Below are positions 35,340 to 49,021 of a DNA stretch of 64,000 nucleotides, piece by piece. Below the pieces are notes generated by a model, which had not been told where the DNA came from, did not search any database, and saw nothing but the letters and a program-made list of their open reading frames with translations. This DNA is from Lama glama (taxonomy: Eukaryota). Each line of letters begins with the position of its first letter. The first letter of the stretch is position 1. Location: positions 2,110,001-2,174,000 of the forward strand of contig CM052817.1 in NCBI GenBank assembly GCA_028534125.1, written 5' to 3'. Made by a program: the position numbers and the translations under genes.

Positions 35340-36230
35340 TCTCCTGTATGTCAGGTCCAAGTCTCCAGGCCAGCCTCATCCGCACAGCTCTGCACAGCCC
35401 TTCTTGGACCCTTCTCCTTGATCCCCTGACTCCCCAAACCTTCCCACTGTGCCCTCTTGAGCCACGACACCCTCATGCCTTAAAGCTTTCGTCTGAACAT
35501 CCCCTTGACCTTATTCTAATGGAAAACGGGTGCTCCCTGCCCTTCAAATACAGCATTACTCTCTAACACTCTCCCCTTACTATCTTCGGTGATTTCAATT
35601 TCCTGGTGGATGAGCCACCTAAAACCTTGTTCTGCTCACCTTTGATGAGCTTGACCACCAACCTACCCCAGCCACCCACTCCCGTGGCGACTGTCTGACC
35701 CACAATGTGAATTCTACCTGCTCCCTGAACACGGCTGCAAGCGCCCACTCAGCAGTCGCAGCACCTGTCTTTGCCGCCGACCTTCAAGGCCAAGAGTCCT
35801 TCAGCCTCTGGGATGTAATACATTTTTGCCACTCATCACCCTCCCTGGTCCTCCTGCTCCCCTGCCAGCTGTTACGGTGCATGCCCGACATTTTGGGGGG
35901 TGCTGATTCCCTCAAGCCTTCTTTTCATCACACCAGTAACTCCAGTTGTCCCCCCAGGATATAGACCACAGACCAGCCTTTCTCTTGTATCCTTGTTTTG
36001 TGCTTCTGTCTTTTTCCCTCCTGGAGCATACATTGTTCTCTGGGAGCAGTGACTGTGTTTCCTGCATCTCTGTCTCCTGTTGCTCAGCACAGGGCAGGGC
36101 TCAGAGTTGGTGCTCAGTGAAGGTGTGTGGAATGGATGGATGGGTGGATGGGTGGGTGGATGCATGATGACTGGCTGGCTGGATGGAAGGAGGGAAGGTG
36201 AATGGATGGATGGAGGGAGGGAGGGATACA
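35340..36230 (+). mobile_element. L2 remnants ending in a (GGAT)n tail
   Basis: ggtgatttcaatttcctggtggatga (GDFN endonuclease motif) near 35588; L2 3' end ..cagcacagggcagggctcagagttggtgctcagtgaa.. followed by GGAT repeats at 36130-36230. Confidence 0.55.
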
Positions 36231-37782
36231 TGATGAATTCTTCACTTGTTCCCAGCCTGGTCTTAGAATCTGCTGGCAAAGATAAGGGGCCATAAAGCCC
36301 TTGGTGTTGATGGGGCAAAGGAATAAATGTCTTATACCGCCTTCAGTTCCAGGCCTGGGAGAGACTCAGGTGGGATCTGCTGGCTGATGAAGGGGGCTGG
36401 GGCTGGGGCTGGGTGTTGGGGGAGAGAAGGAAGCTCGGAGTCTCCTTTTCTCGGCTCCAGATAGCTCCCCTCTCTCCCTTAATGTTCCTGCAGACTCTGG
36501 CATCCTGGTCCCAAGGGGCTGGGGGCTGGCCTGGAGCCTCTCCTGCCCAGGTGTGTACTGTGGTGGGGACATGGGGACTGGTCCCCTGCTCCCCTGCTCC
36601 CCCTGCTCCTGTGCCCTTCGCTCTCCCTGTGGCCTCCTGCGCTGTCAGACCCGGGAAGCATCTGGCTTGGGTACCCGGATCCTTGCTCAGCACCTCAGCC
36701 CTGCACAAGGACGATTAACTTGTCCATTTTAAACTCCTACTTGGCAATTCCAACATGAAACTCCCACCAGGCTGAAACTTGGCACAGAACAGCAATCACT
36801 GGAAACGCATTTTTAAAAGTTGCCATTTTTGTAAGTTCATCCTCCTTTGCGCTCCAGCCTCCCACAGGGAGATGCGCACTTAGGCACTTTCTGTAAAGCT
36901 TCAACCTGGCGACACCAGCGTGCAGTTCAGCTGGTTCCGGGACCAGGCCCTTGCTGGGCCAGGCTCGCCCTGCTGCCTGCTAGGCCGCCTGCCAGGCCCG
37001 TGGCACTGTCCCTCGCCGCCAGCACCCGAGCGCTTCGGCCAGCTCTCAGTTCCCAGGGTCCTTCCTGTCTCGGTGGGCAGGTCACTTTCAGGGGCAGAGG
37101 GCTTTTCTCACCGATGATGTGAGCGGCCCCTTTTCTGATGACCAGAGTGACACGCACGGAACTCCTGGAAGGTCACACGCTTCCAGGGACTCAGCAGCCG
37201 CCTGATGGGGACAGCACGGCCGGGCCTCCTGCCCATTAGGGAGGGAGTGAAGACTGCTGCGCCTCACAAGGGGTGGGTGGGTGTCTGGCATCCTGCTAGG
37301 AAGTGTCCTGTGAGGGCGGGGCTGCACACCCGTTTACAGAAGGGGAAATGACGGTTTAGAGCAGTGACAACATCGGTCCACGGTCAAACAGCGAGAAAGT
37401 GGCAGAGACAGGATTTGAACACGTGTTGGCCGATCTTACCTGAGACTCGAGGATTCTTCTTCCTCTCGCTCTGCTCCCTTCCCACCTCCATTCCTAGGAT
37501 CGGTTTCCATGGTATTTGCCATAAAGCCAGCGGTTCATTCATCCACTAAGCAAATCCTGCTGACCCTCACCGTGTATGGGGGTGGCTTCAGGCGCCGGGA
37601 ACAGGAATGGATGCACCAGAGTCTCTGCCCTTGGGAGGAGGGGCTTCCAAGGCAGGTGCTTAGGAGAGACCACGTCGCTCTGCTGAGCGGTCTCTGGGGG
37701 GAGTTGACAACCAGCCGTTTCATCACTAAGCGACCTGGCCTCCCTAAGCGTGCATCCGAGACCAGGTATTAGAAGAGTGCAC

Positions 37783-38335
37783 TTTTTTTTTCTTAAAAAA
37801 ATTTTGTTTAATTGAAGTATAGTCGGATGCAATGTGTCAGTTTCAGGTGTACAGCACAATGCATATACATACATATATTCATTTTCATGAAAGGTTATTA
37901 CAAGATACTGAATATAGTTCCCTGTGCTTTACAGAAGAAATTTTTAAAATCTATTTTTATATAGAGTGGTTAACATTTGCAAATCTCAAACTCCCAAATT
38001 TATTCCTTCCCACCCCCTTTCCCCGGTGACCATAAGATTGTTTACTGTGTCTGTGAGTCTGTGTCTGTTTTGTGGATGAGTTCATTAGTGTCCTCTTTTT
38101 CCTTTCTTTCTTTCTTTTTTTTTAGATTCCACATATGAGTGATATCATATGGTATTTTTCTTTCTCTTTCTGGCTTACTTCGCTTAGAATGATGATCTCC
38201 GGTCCATCTATGTTACTGCAAATGGTGTTATTTTATTATTTTTTATGGCTGAGTAGTGTTCCATTGTATAAAGATACCACAGCTTCTTTATCCAGTCCTC
38301 TGTTGATGGACATTTAGGTTGCTTTCATGTAGAAT
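37783..38335 (-). mobile_element. Relatively young L1 3' end
   Basis: T-run then attgaagtatagtc..ggtgtacagca..ggttaacatttgcaaatctcaaactccc. AT-rich, and shares exact stretches with the copy at 51822-52180. Confidence 0.85.
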
Positions 38336-39409
38336 AGTGCATTTTCCATTCAAGACTGGAGTCCTGTCTCTAAATGGGGGTGCCTCTCCCGCAGGATGGC
38401 TCTGAGGGCCCTGTGGGGGGTGGGGCGGGTGAGGGTGCCCCACCTCCCTGGGCAGTGATCGCCCTTCTGTTTTTATTGCAGTCGTCCCCTTGCATCTCTC
38501 TACAGTGCCGACTGTGGCCCTGAACAGCAGCGTCTGGCTTGCACTTTGCACGCGTGGACTCGTCCTGCATGTGCTCCTGGTGCCTTTTCTCCCCTCACCA
38601 ATGCTACATGTGTGAACTCTCCCTGCTCCCAGTAGCTCTGGCTCCCGTGTGCTCAGGGCCGAGTGGCCCACGGCTCAGGAACACGCTGCCCCGCCTTCAT
38701 TTGGTCTGGTGATGACAGCCGCCTGGCTTGTTTCTGGTCCCTGGCAACTGCCAACAAGCTCTCAGGTGCACACGCTTGCATTTCCGTGGAACATTTGCCC
38801 AGGAGTGGAATTGTAGGTCCTACTGTCTGCAGGTCCGCAGCTTCAAGTGACAGATCAAACTGACTGTACTTTAATTTAAAAAATAAATTAATAAAGTCAA
38901 TCCTGTTTCCCCAGGTGGCCACAGGCATCTGTGCGCCCACGGGCAGCATGGCTGGGACGACCCCTCCCGGGTCTCCAACAATGCTGTCCTCTGACGGTGA
39001 GAGCACTTCTCGGTCTGTATCCGCCATTTTGATGTCCTCCTTTGTGAAGTCCCTGAAACTCTTTTATTTAACGTTGAAATTTATAATTTATTCCAAAAAT
39101 ATATTGTTCAATTTTTGCCCAAATAGTGTTAAAAATTAATACTCAATACTAATGAGGATGGAGTGAAACCAAAACACTTTTTGTGGCAATAACATTAGAA
39201 CTAGCCTTTGGAAAAGAAAATTGGCAATGTATGCTATGAGCCAAAAAGTGTTTAAATTCTTGTTTAATTTGATAATTTTGCTGCTTAGAATTTTCCTCAG
39301 AGATGTGATCCAAAGAGATAATATAAACGTATTCATTTCTGCAATAAGTCAGTTACGAACGAAGTCCAAAGCAGCCAATATGTGTGATTACCTCTGGTAC
39401 AACCCCAAA

Positions 39410-39560
39410 CTCTTATATTCAATATCTTGTAATGACCTTTAATGAAAAAGAATATGAAAACGAATACATGTGTGTATATGCATGACTGGGACATGGTGCT
39501 GTGTGCCAGAAACTGACACATTGTAACTGACAGCACTGCGATTAAAAAAAAAAAAAAAAA
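39410..39560 (+). mobile_element. Short 5'-truncated L1 3' end with an intact poly(A)
   Basis: tatattcaatatcttgtaatgacc..gaaaaagaatatg..acattgtaactgac followed by an A-run at 39544-39560. Confidence 0.8.
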
Positions 39561-40370
39561 GGAATTCTACCTTCCCAATTCATGCTCTTGTTTTATCCTC
39601 CAGGTAAGAAGGAAGGGTTCTTTCTCCCCGTTTTTCAGATGAAGACCACGAGGCTGGGGCAGGAACAAAGCCCAGGACCCTTGCCCCCAGCCCCAGTGCT
39701 TTCCCGGTAGCCTGGGGAGCCCCCGCCCCCGCCACCTACGGGACTGTGGGACCACCCACCTGGACCTCCAGACCCCAGGGCCCACCTGAGCTTACCTGCG
39801 ATCTTTCGTTCCAGATCCCTGCGACCTTCTAAGCTGGTCCGGCAAGATTCCGACAGTGGGCTCTCTAAGGGTGTGTTACTCGCCTAACTGGGAAGAAAAT
39901 TACCTTATTGAGGCAGGGCTCTTGTGACAAGGGGGAAGGGTGGCTCTCTGAATGCTGGCTGTGCCACCTAGGTCCTGACCTGACCTCTCTGAGCCTCAGT
40001 TTGCTCCTCTGTGAAGGGGACGGGGATCCAGTCGCGCCCAGCCGCCGTGGAAAGCCCTCCAGAGAACAGCGGTACGTCGGGTGCCGTGGGTCTGGGCGAG
40101 ACTGTGGGCCCAGCCGGGGTTGCTCGGGCCCAGGACCGACTAGAAACAGGAATGCACAGCCCCCAGGCAGGGCAGGGACCCCTCAGGGTGGGTGGGGACA
40201 CAGCCTCCCCCAGGCTGTGCCCTTCCGGTGACCTGTCAGAACCAGCCTGGGAGGGAAGGCAGAGCCCAGGGCCCCGGGGGAGGCGGTTAGGCAGGTTGGG
40301 GTGTGGGAACCCCTCCCCGAACCTGGAGAGACTGGGGCTCTGCTCACTGGCCAAGCCCTCTTCCTGGGAA

Positions 40371-40820
40371 TGGAATAGGAAAGAGCAAGCCCGGCTCCGA
40401 GCTAGAGCTGCCCCTTCGGCTCTAACCCTGTGCCCCGTCTTCTAGGCTTAGTCCTGTGGGCTCTGCAGCTTCTGCAAAAGGCTATTCATACTCGTGAACT
40501 TACCTAAAGATAGTAAGTTGCAGAATAGAAAACAACATTTGTTTTGTTGGAGGTTTGGACCTGACCCACGTGGACAGCTTCAAGAACAAAGAATTCCCAC
40601 ACCAAGAAGTTTGCAGCAACCAACCACACCCCCTCCCCTGTTTCAGTATGAAAGGAGCCTGTGCTCTGACTTGAGGAGGATGGTTTTCCAAAACATTAGT
40701 TGGCTGCCCTCTTGGTCTGCTGGCTTTCCAAATAAAGTCGCTATTCCTTGCCCCAACACCTTGTCTCTTCATTTGTTGGCCTGTTGTGCAGTGGACAGGA
40801 CGAGTTTGGACTCGGTAACG
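40371..40820 (+). mobile_element. ERV1-type LTR followed by a PBS-like sequence (5' LTR)
   Basis: Homologous to 42555-43077 and 46446-46973 (gacctgaccca..caagaacaaag..caccaagaagtttgca..aataaagtc..gagtttggactcggtaac). TGGCGAAGCCAGCCAGGA follows at 40825. Confidence 0.85.
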
Positions 40821-42554
40821 ATTTTGGCGAAGCCAGCCAGGAGCCTTGCTGCTCATGGCCAGCCGGCTCCACATGGGGAGTTTTCGGGTAAGGCCCTCGC
40901 AGCTGCCAGGACCACCTGTCCTGAGGCCTTTCCCTTCAAAGTTCCCCGAAGCGGCCCTGGCTGCCCCAGCGCTTGGCAGTTGGAGCAAGGAACTGACACC
41001 TGGGGGCCGACGGGCTCCATACAGGGGGTAAGTTGCTCTGGTGTGCACAGCAGGAACTTTATTCCTCTGCATTTGTGGCTTTTTCTCCGGAATAAGCCGA
41101 TTTGTTCTGGTGGGGTGCCCTGTGGGCATGGGGGTCAGTGGCTGCCCTGTGCGGCGTGGGCAGTCTAAGCTGGAATGCCCAGAGGGAGGCTCTGCTGGGG
41201 CGTGGACGTGCAGGTGGCTCTCTTCTCAGGCTGGAGGTTTTCCTTGGCCGGGTGGGGAGTCTAGTTCGGAAGCCAAGGGGCTAGAGAGTGCAGGTGGGCC
41301 AGCACACGTGGCTTTCTGGGGGCAGGTGGGGAGCGGCCCCTCACCAAATGTGTGGTCAGCAGCAGAGAGGTTGTGTGGAGGCGTGCAGACGGCCGTGGGC
41401 ATGCTGGATTTGAACCAGCGGTCCAGGACAGTTCTTGTCTAAGGGCCAAATAAAAGCTGGGGACGTCAGGTGGAGGGTGGGCGGGCAGGCGGGGCCGCGG
41501 TCAGTCTGACTGTGGGTGGCTGTTGCTGATTGCAACAGGGGGATCCTTAGAGAGCCTGGCTCAGGGCCCACAGGGAGACGGGGGCGCACGGGCCTCAGAC
41601 TGCTCATCTCAGGCGGCCCTTGGCTGCGTGGGGCTTGGCTGTGGAAGGCCTGGATGGTGGTGGCTGGCGGTCCCGGGCACTCTCAGACCGATGTGAATGT
41701 TGCCCTTTTTGGCCTGAGGGTTGACAGAAGCAGAGACCGTGGAATTCGGTGCCCTAGGCTGAGGGGCATCCGAGGTGCAGAACTTGGAGGGAAAGCCCAC
41801 AAGTTCCTGGATGACTCTGGGCGGTGGACTCTGGGACGGTGCCTGCCCTTCCTGGGGAGTACAGTTAAATGCCGTAAGGTTGGGTGTGGGGTCCCCAGGC
41901 TCAGGTGGGGCACGGGAATTCCAGAGGGCATCAGTGGTTGACCTTCCCCCAGCCTGGAATCCAAGGAGACCGTGGTTTTAAGGTTCTGCAGTGATCCGGG
42001 GTACACAAGCCTGTGCCCGCTGGCCTGAGGCTGCCCTTGGCTTTGCAGGGTTAGGCTGCATGGAGGTGGGCAGAGGTCCGTGCGATTCGGTGGCTGTCGT
42101 GTGTGGAGCAGGAGGTCCAAGGTCTAGACCCCAGCTTTAGGGTCAGGCGGTGGTCTAAAGTCAACGTGTCTGCATGGGAGCCGGCGCCTGCCCTACACTT
42201 ACCTTGGATCTAGAGGCGAGGCGCGTGCCAGGGGCGCTTGGCCTCCGCTGTGAAGACGGGTTGGGACACCAGAGGCCTGGGAGGGGCGCTCCCCGGGTGG
42301 GCGGAGGTCTGCTGTGCTCCACTTCTGGGAGCCTGATCCCTGGCCGCGGGGCAGGAATGGGAGGGAGAGGAGCCGGGCCAGGCCCCGAGGGCGCAGGAGG
42401 CGCCGGGTACGAGGCGCGAGGGTGGCTGCGGGCAGGAGCGTGGAGCGTGCAGTGTGGCTGAGGGGCCAGGGCAAGAAGATGGGTGCCACAATGCCTCCCC
42501 GTGACACCCGCGGTGCCTCCCGCCCATAGCCAGGCGGCTCTCACCGTGTCCCTC

Positions 42555-43077
42555 TGTGACAGAAAGGAACAAATCTGAATCCGTATTAGACCTGTTGCTG
42601 TGACTTTACCCCTGTGCCGTTTCCTGGGCTGAGTCTTGCTAGCTCTGCACCTTTTGTACAAGAATGTTTTCTTTAGCCTGAAATAGGCAGGAGATCCCGT
42701 CTTCAAGGCTCTGACCTTTAAGGGTGGAGCACTTTTCCATTCCTATAAAGATGAAATATTGCAGAACAGAGAACATTCATCTTATTGGAGGTTTACAGGG
42801 GTGCCACGACCTGACCCACTTGGACGGCTGCAAGAACAAAGGGTTCTGACACCAAGACGTTTGCAACAGCCAACCACACCGCACACCCTTCTGCCCTTTT
42901 TAGTATCAAAGGAGCCTGATTTTTGACTTGGGGAAGATGGTTCTCTAGGACATTATTCCCCCACCTTCTTGGTCTGCTGGCTTTCAGAATAAAGTCGTTA
43001 TTCCTCGTCCCCACCCCTCGTCTCCTGATGTATCGGCCTGTTGTGGGGCGAGCAGAAGGAGTTTGGACGTGGAGACA
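42555..43077 (+). mobile_element. ERV1-type LTR, second direct copy
   Basis: TG...CA ends, AATAAA near 42988, same family motifs as above. Confidence 0.85.
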
Positions 43078-44429
43078 CAGGAGCCCAGTCCACGGTGCTC
43101 CATCATGTTAGCCCGGGACACTGATGTTGTCTTGTTAAATTCTGCTTAAATGTGGAAGCAAGTGTTGAGCTCTGGTTAGTGATGTGCCCTCGGAATTGTT
43201 TATAGAGGACAAGGGTCCTGGTGTCTACACTTCCCTGGACGTGTGGCAGGAAGCCAGGTGGGCTGGTGGACAGACAGAGGGGTGGGTATGTGGATGGCAG
43301 TGGGATAAAGTGAGCTTAAAACACGCTGACAGTCGAGGGGAGGTCGTGTGGGTGTTGACGGAACAGTTTCTGCCCTACGGCATGCTGGATGATGTTTGTG
43401 AGAAAATACTGGGAAAAATGTTTAACTAGACACTTCGGGCATCCCTGAATAATCAAGTAAAAAGATGACTGTGTGAGAAGGGGGCTCTCTCAATGCTCAG
43501 TTCACACAACTCAGGGACTGGAGTGGGCGTGAGACAAGCCCCTGACACAGAAGCCACGGGAAAGAGATCTCCAGCCCAGCTCCCCAACTCTGAGCCTGCC
43601 CCTACGTTGGGGCCCCAAAGGGCTGACATGAGGAGAGATTCAGGCTTGTCTGAGAGAGCCGTGGTCCTCGGCGGGGAGTCTGTCCCGCCCTCGGGTCACA
43701 GGCTCCCGGCTCCCCTGCAAGGTCCTCCCGAGAGAGCAGGTGTGTGTTTCCTCCCAGGCAGGCTGAGGCTGCCGTCAGCGGACCACCGCAGAGGGGCCCG
43801 AGCAGCGAAAGTTCACTCCCCACGGTCTGCCGGCAGAGTTCGGGGTCAGGGAGGGCTCGGGTGAGGCTCTGTCCTGGTTAAGACCTCGCAGCCTCCTCGC
43901 GGTGCTTTTGGCAGGGCGGGAGTGAGGGAGGGATCTCCCCTCTCTTCCTGATTTGATGAAGACACTAATCCCTTAATGGGGGCCCCATGCTTCCCGCCTG
44001 ATCACTTCATAGACCACCACATTGGGGGTGAGGTAGGAATTTGGGGGGTACAAACATCCTTCTACAGCGAGGTGGGGAGAGAGATGACAGAGGAGCAGGA
44101 GAGAAGGGAGGGGGGAGAAGGGCAAATGAGAGGCTGCAAACTGCCCCCTCCAGGCAGCCCTCTGGGATTTCCTCCTGATGAGTAACATATGCCTCTCAGC
44201 TCAGCCCTTTAGCTCCCTCTCTCTGGGTGTAGTTTTGTCCCCTTCGCACCCTGGCCCCTCTAGGCTGCAGCGAGGACCAGCCTGGGCTGGATGTTGGTGG
44301 TGTGGTGTGTGCAGTGATGTGTGTGGCAGGTGACTTCAGGGAAGGCGGTTTTGTGGGCCATCCCTGGGGATGCTGACGACATTAGCAACAGCGGTGGCTC
44401 TATTTGTTATGGGTCTGCCTTGCACAGGA

Positions 44430-44945
44430 ACTCTGTTCACCCCAACATCCCTGTTCCCCTTCCTCTGTGGAAACAGACCCTAGGTTTCAGCTGGCCATGT
44501 AGTGGGTCAGAATAAAAGGCTACATCTCCAAACCTCCCTCCCTGGCAGCTAAGTGTGGCCAAGTGACTGAGTTTTGGCCAATGAAATAAAAATCTTCTCC
44601 ATGAGACTTCTAGGAAGGCTGCTTGAAAGGTAGCTGCCGCAGCTGCGACTCCTGGAAGTGGCTTACTTGCCATGTACTATTCCAACTTTCTTCCTCCTGT
44701 TCCGTGGTCTTGATGGCTGGAGCTCCAGCAGCCATCTTGGAACATGAAGTGACTTTGGGGAAGGAGGTCATGCACTGAAGATGGGGAGGAGCAGATGGAA
44801 AGAGTTTGGTTCCTGGAGGACATTGTGGAGCAATTGTGCCTCCCTGGATTGGTCACTTTCAGATTTTTTTTACTTATGAAAGATATAAGCTTCTATCTTG
44901 TTTATGCCTGTTTTATTGGGATTGCTCTGTTATGAGCAGCCAAAC
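44430..44945 (+). mobile_element. MaLR (MLT1-like) LTR
   Basis: tgtggccaagtgactgagttttggccaatga, gatggctggagctccagcagccatcttg and a terminal tctgttatgagcagccaaacc. Confidence 0.65.
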
Positions 44946-46179
44946 CAAGCCATAATGGGTATATTATTGCTAATATTCATCATAACCTTGGTCACTCTTC
45001 TATAGAGGGGCAAATTGAGGCTCAGACGGGTAAAGACACTTGCCCAAGGTCACACAGCTGGAAGTGGCAAGCAAGCCCTGAGTGCAGAGGGCTTCATGGA
45101 AGACAGGTAGGTACAGACTCCAAATGTGCCTCTCCTACTCGCCAGCCAGTGCTTGCGTTCCCAGCATCAACGTGACCAGGCAGCTCTGACCCCCGCAGCC
45201 TGGGGTGCAAATTACATCCTCCTGGCAAAGCTTTGTACCAGTGACGTGTGTGGAAGCAGAGCCGCAACGACTGCCATGTAGGTTCCTGCAGCTCTGCGGG
45301 CTGCTTGCTATTTCTGGAATACTGCGTGGAGGCAGGGCCGCTGGAGGGATAATAACTGTAGTGTCGCTTTCTGGCCTCAGTGTGGGAGGGAGGTGTACAG
45401 TTAGTGGCACCTGCTACAGTCCCGTCACTTTGTTCGCATCGTCACTCTGAAGGGAAGGAAACTCGCCCTGCTTGTGCTTCCTGCACACACCTGGATGGGG
45501 TGCCGGTGTGGTCAGTCCTGCCCCGAGAGCCTGCCTCTCTCCCTTGTCCTCCCGAGCCACCCCTGCCCCGGGAACATCGTCGTCACTGTGTGAAGTCTCA
45601 GCATCATTCGTGTGTATTGAGAGCTTTCTTTGCACCGAGCCCCGAGCTGAGCACAGGGAGGAGGCTGGGTGGACAGGAGCTGGGCTCCATGCAGTCTGAC
45701 ACTTCAAGGAGGGACTTATGGGAGGGGCTGTGAGTGCGCAGAGAAGCATTCTTCTTCGGGGGTGGGGGCACAAGGCCCCCGCCAGCTTCCCAGGGGAACA
45801 GGTAAGCAGTCAGCCCTGTAAATGGCGGCACAGGGTGTGGCTCTGCTCAGTGTCACCGTGAACCATGAGTCACTCTTTACGGTAGGAAATGAAAGTAAAT
45901 AGGAAAGATAAAATGTGAGCGTGGCCAGAAGAGCCTGGGGACAGCCCCAGGGTCCAGGCTGGGGCTGTAGCCATCAGAGGGGAGGTGGAGACAGTGGGTT
46001 TATGGGGGGGCCTAGTCTGGGGGTCATCTCAATTCCTCTGATGATGGCTTGGCTGGCTGCCCAGGACCACCCAGCCCACTCCCCCTGTGCCCAGCCTAGA
46101 GCTGGTCACGCAGGGACCGATCGAGCGTCGTGCAGACCCTGGCACCGTGGCTGCTTCCGTGCTGGCCAGTCACTCTATG

Positions 46180-46412
46180 ATCCACCCATCCCCTCACCAT
46201 CTACCACCTATTCACTCAAACATCCATCCATCTGTCCATTCATCCATCCATCTACCACCTGCCCATCCACCACCTCTTCACTCAAATGCCCATTCATCCA
46301 TTCACTCACCCATCTGACATCCAGCATCAACCCATCTACTCGCCACCCATCCCCATCCAGTCAAAAATCAATCCATCCATCCCCCTGTGTATCCATCATC
46401 CGACCATCCACT
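46180..46412 (+). repeat. Degenerate (CATC)n simple repeat
   Basis: catccatccatctgtccattcatccatccatct.., seen directly. Confidence 0.85.
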
Positions 46413-46445
46413 ATCTAGCGTCTTCCTCTCTTCCTTCTTTCCTTC

Positions 46446-46973
46446 TGTTACCAAGTCCAGACTTGTTCTGCTCAGTGCACGGAAGGCCAATAAATTGGGA
46501 GACAAGGTTTTGGGGCAAGGAATAATGACTTTATTTGGAAAGCTAGCAAACAGAAGATGGCAGACTAATGTCCTGGAGACTCATCTTCCCAAGTCAGAAT
46601 TCAGGCTCCTTTTACAGTAAAGAGGGGAGGGGGTGTGGTTGGTTGTTGCAAACTTCTTGGTGTAGGAATTCTTTGTTCTTGGAATCCATTGTTCTTGCAG
46701 CTGTCCACCTGGGTCAGAGCAGGGTGTTCCTGTAAACCTCCAACAAAATAAATGTTATTTTCTATTCTGCAAGCTGTTATCGCTGTATGAATGGCAAAGT
46801 ATCCTTAGAAGTCAAAGCCTTGAGAATAGGCTGTCCTGTACATTTCAGGCTAAAGGCAATGTTGTTTCACAAAAGGTGCAGAAACAGCAAGACTGAGCCC
46901 AGGAAGCAGAGCCCAGGGTTAAAGTCAAAGGAGCAGAGCTGATATGGAGTCAGATTTGTTCTTTTCTATTACA
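46446..46973 (-). mobile_element. ERV1-type solo LTR
   Basis: TG...CA ends and a 4-bp flanking repeat CTTC (46442-46445, 46974-46977; low-complexity context). Reverse complement of the family at 40371 and 42555. Confidence 0.88.
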
Positions 46974-48019
46974 CTTCCTTCCTTCCTTCTTTCCTTCCTT
47001 CCAACCCCTCCCTATCCTACATCCATCCATCCGTCCGATAGTCACTTACGGAACAGAGGTCGGCGGCGAGTCTGTCAGCCCGGAGAGACAGCTGGCTTCG
47101 CTTTCCTGGCTGCTGCACAGCCTTCCCTTTGCTGTGCTCGTCTGCGGTCTCACTCGGATGTGTCTGGATGTGGATTTATTTTTATTTATCCTCCTGGGTC
47201 TTCCTTCCTTGGGAGTCACGTCTTTAAAATATGCTGGGGGAAATCTCAGCTTACTGATCACTGATTACTGCCTAGTCCCCGGCTGTGGGCCCTCTGCCCA
47301 GGTCCCCTGAGTCCCCTTCACGTCTCCTGTGAGCCCCTCTACCTGCTGCAGGTGCACCGGGGGACCCTTGGAGGACTTCTCCCAGCCCATGGAGTCTGTT
47401 CCCGGTGGCGATGGCTGGCTGGAGTGAGAACCGGCTCTCATCTTGAGGCAGGACAAAATTTGAGGACTCTGGATTTTACGCCCCAGAGCTCCCGGCGGGA
47501 TCCAGCTGAGGCTGGCACTGCCCAGAAGCCAACCCTGGAGTGCCTGGAGTGGCCCTGTGGTCCTGCTTCCCCACTCCCTGAGCAGGGCTCCCGGGGAGCA
47601 GGGGCCCTGGCTTCAGACCAGCTCCTTCAAAACCTTAACTGGATGCGGCTGGATGTGTTCCCTGCGGCAAAGTGCAAAGGAGCATGGATGGTGTGCTGCC
47701 TTTCGGAAGGGAGAGGCGCGAGTACCCCCCCGCCCAACAAACAAGCCCTGTTTATCACCCGTCCAGCCCTCTCGCTCTCTGTCAACCATCTACCAGTCTC
47801 CTGAGAGAGAGAGACGGGGCAAGAGGGAGTTTGATTTTGAAGGAAGGAAAACCCAGATGTAGGCACGCGGTTACCATCAGGGTGAGATGAGAGTTCTCTG
47901 AGTGTCTTTTTCATATTGTTTTGACTTTTGAACCATGTGACCTTTTTCACATTCAGAAAATAAAATTAAATCAACAAGTTTTTTTTTTAAAAACCCTAAA
48001 ATTGAACTCAAAGACCAAT

Positions 48020-48208
48020 GATATATAAAACAGATAAACAACAAAGACCTAATGTACAGCACAGGGAACTATATTCTACATTTTGTAATAACCTAGAATG
48101 GAAAAGAATCTGAAAAAGAATGTATGTGTGCACACATATAGATGTGTGACTGAATCACTTTGCTGTACACCTGAAACATTGTAAATCAGCTATAGTTTCA
48201 TTAAAAAT
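48020..48208 (+). mobile_element. L1 3' end fragment
   Basis: aaaacagataaacaacaaagacctaatgtacagcacagggaactatat..tgaatcactttgctgtacacctgaaac. Confidence 0.8.
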
Positions 48209-49021
48209 ACTTAGGAGTTCAGAAATTTAAAAACAAAAGCCCAAATGAACCTAAATCAACTGCTAATATAACTAGACAGAAGGGAGACCACATACCTTTT
48301 CTTGAACGTGGTTTTCTGATCTGAAGCCTTGAGCTTCCCGTTACAGGGTCGTTGCTGTTGCAAGCGGCAGTATGAGTGTGGCGATTCTGAAAATACTGTG
48401 TGCGTGTTGAAGGCTGACCGAACGAGGGAGGTCTTCTTGGGGGCCAGGGTTCTCTCTGTGGGTGGTGGGAGGTGAGGTCGTAGAGCAGGGAGGGCAATGC
48501 AGGCCCTTGGGGCTTGTGTTTGAATTGGAAGCAGCAGAAAATTCCTGCTCAAAACCAAGAAAATCCATTTCCTAGCTCTGAGCAGGGAGAGGAGTTCAAG
48601 GTAATGACGCCCAACAGCTGGGAGCGCGCGAAGGCTTCTGGAGCCGGCCTACAAACGGACCGGACTCCAGACCTGGGCCAAGGTGAGCCCGGGACACCAT
48701 GGGAGCCAGAAAGCCCAGAAGCCCCCAGAGAGTGAGGGGGCAGGTCAAGGGACACCTGGGCCAGGCGGCAGGGGCTCCCAGTGGCCAAATTTGGGAGATA
48801 CTACGATGAACATCAAACGTCGAAGTCTTCATGAGTCCACAGAGATGCTGAAACGAAGGGAGGACTTCTGTACAGAACAGTGCCAGCTAGTAAATGCTAG
48901 GGAGGCGATCCGTTCAGAACCCCCCCCATTCTGACCACCCCCACGTGATACTGATTCATTCAAGTGAGGACAGTCAAAGGATGCTGTGGTTGGCTGAAAA
49001 ATGGCCCCAGAAGTGTCCCTA

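Noticed and set aside
40825..42554. Retroviral gag or env coding sequence between the LTRs
   Set aside because: No major homology region, CCHC knuckle, protease, RT or immunosuppressive-domain motifs in any translated frame.
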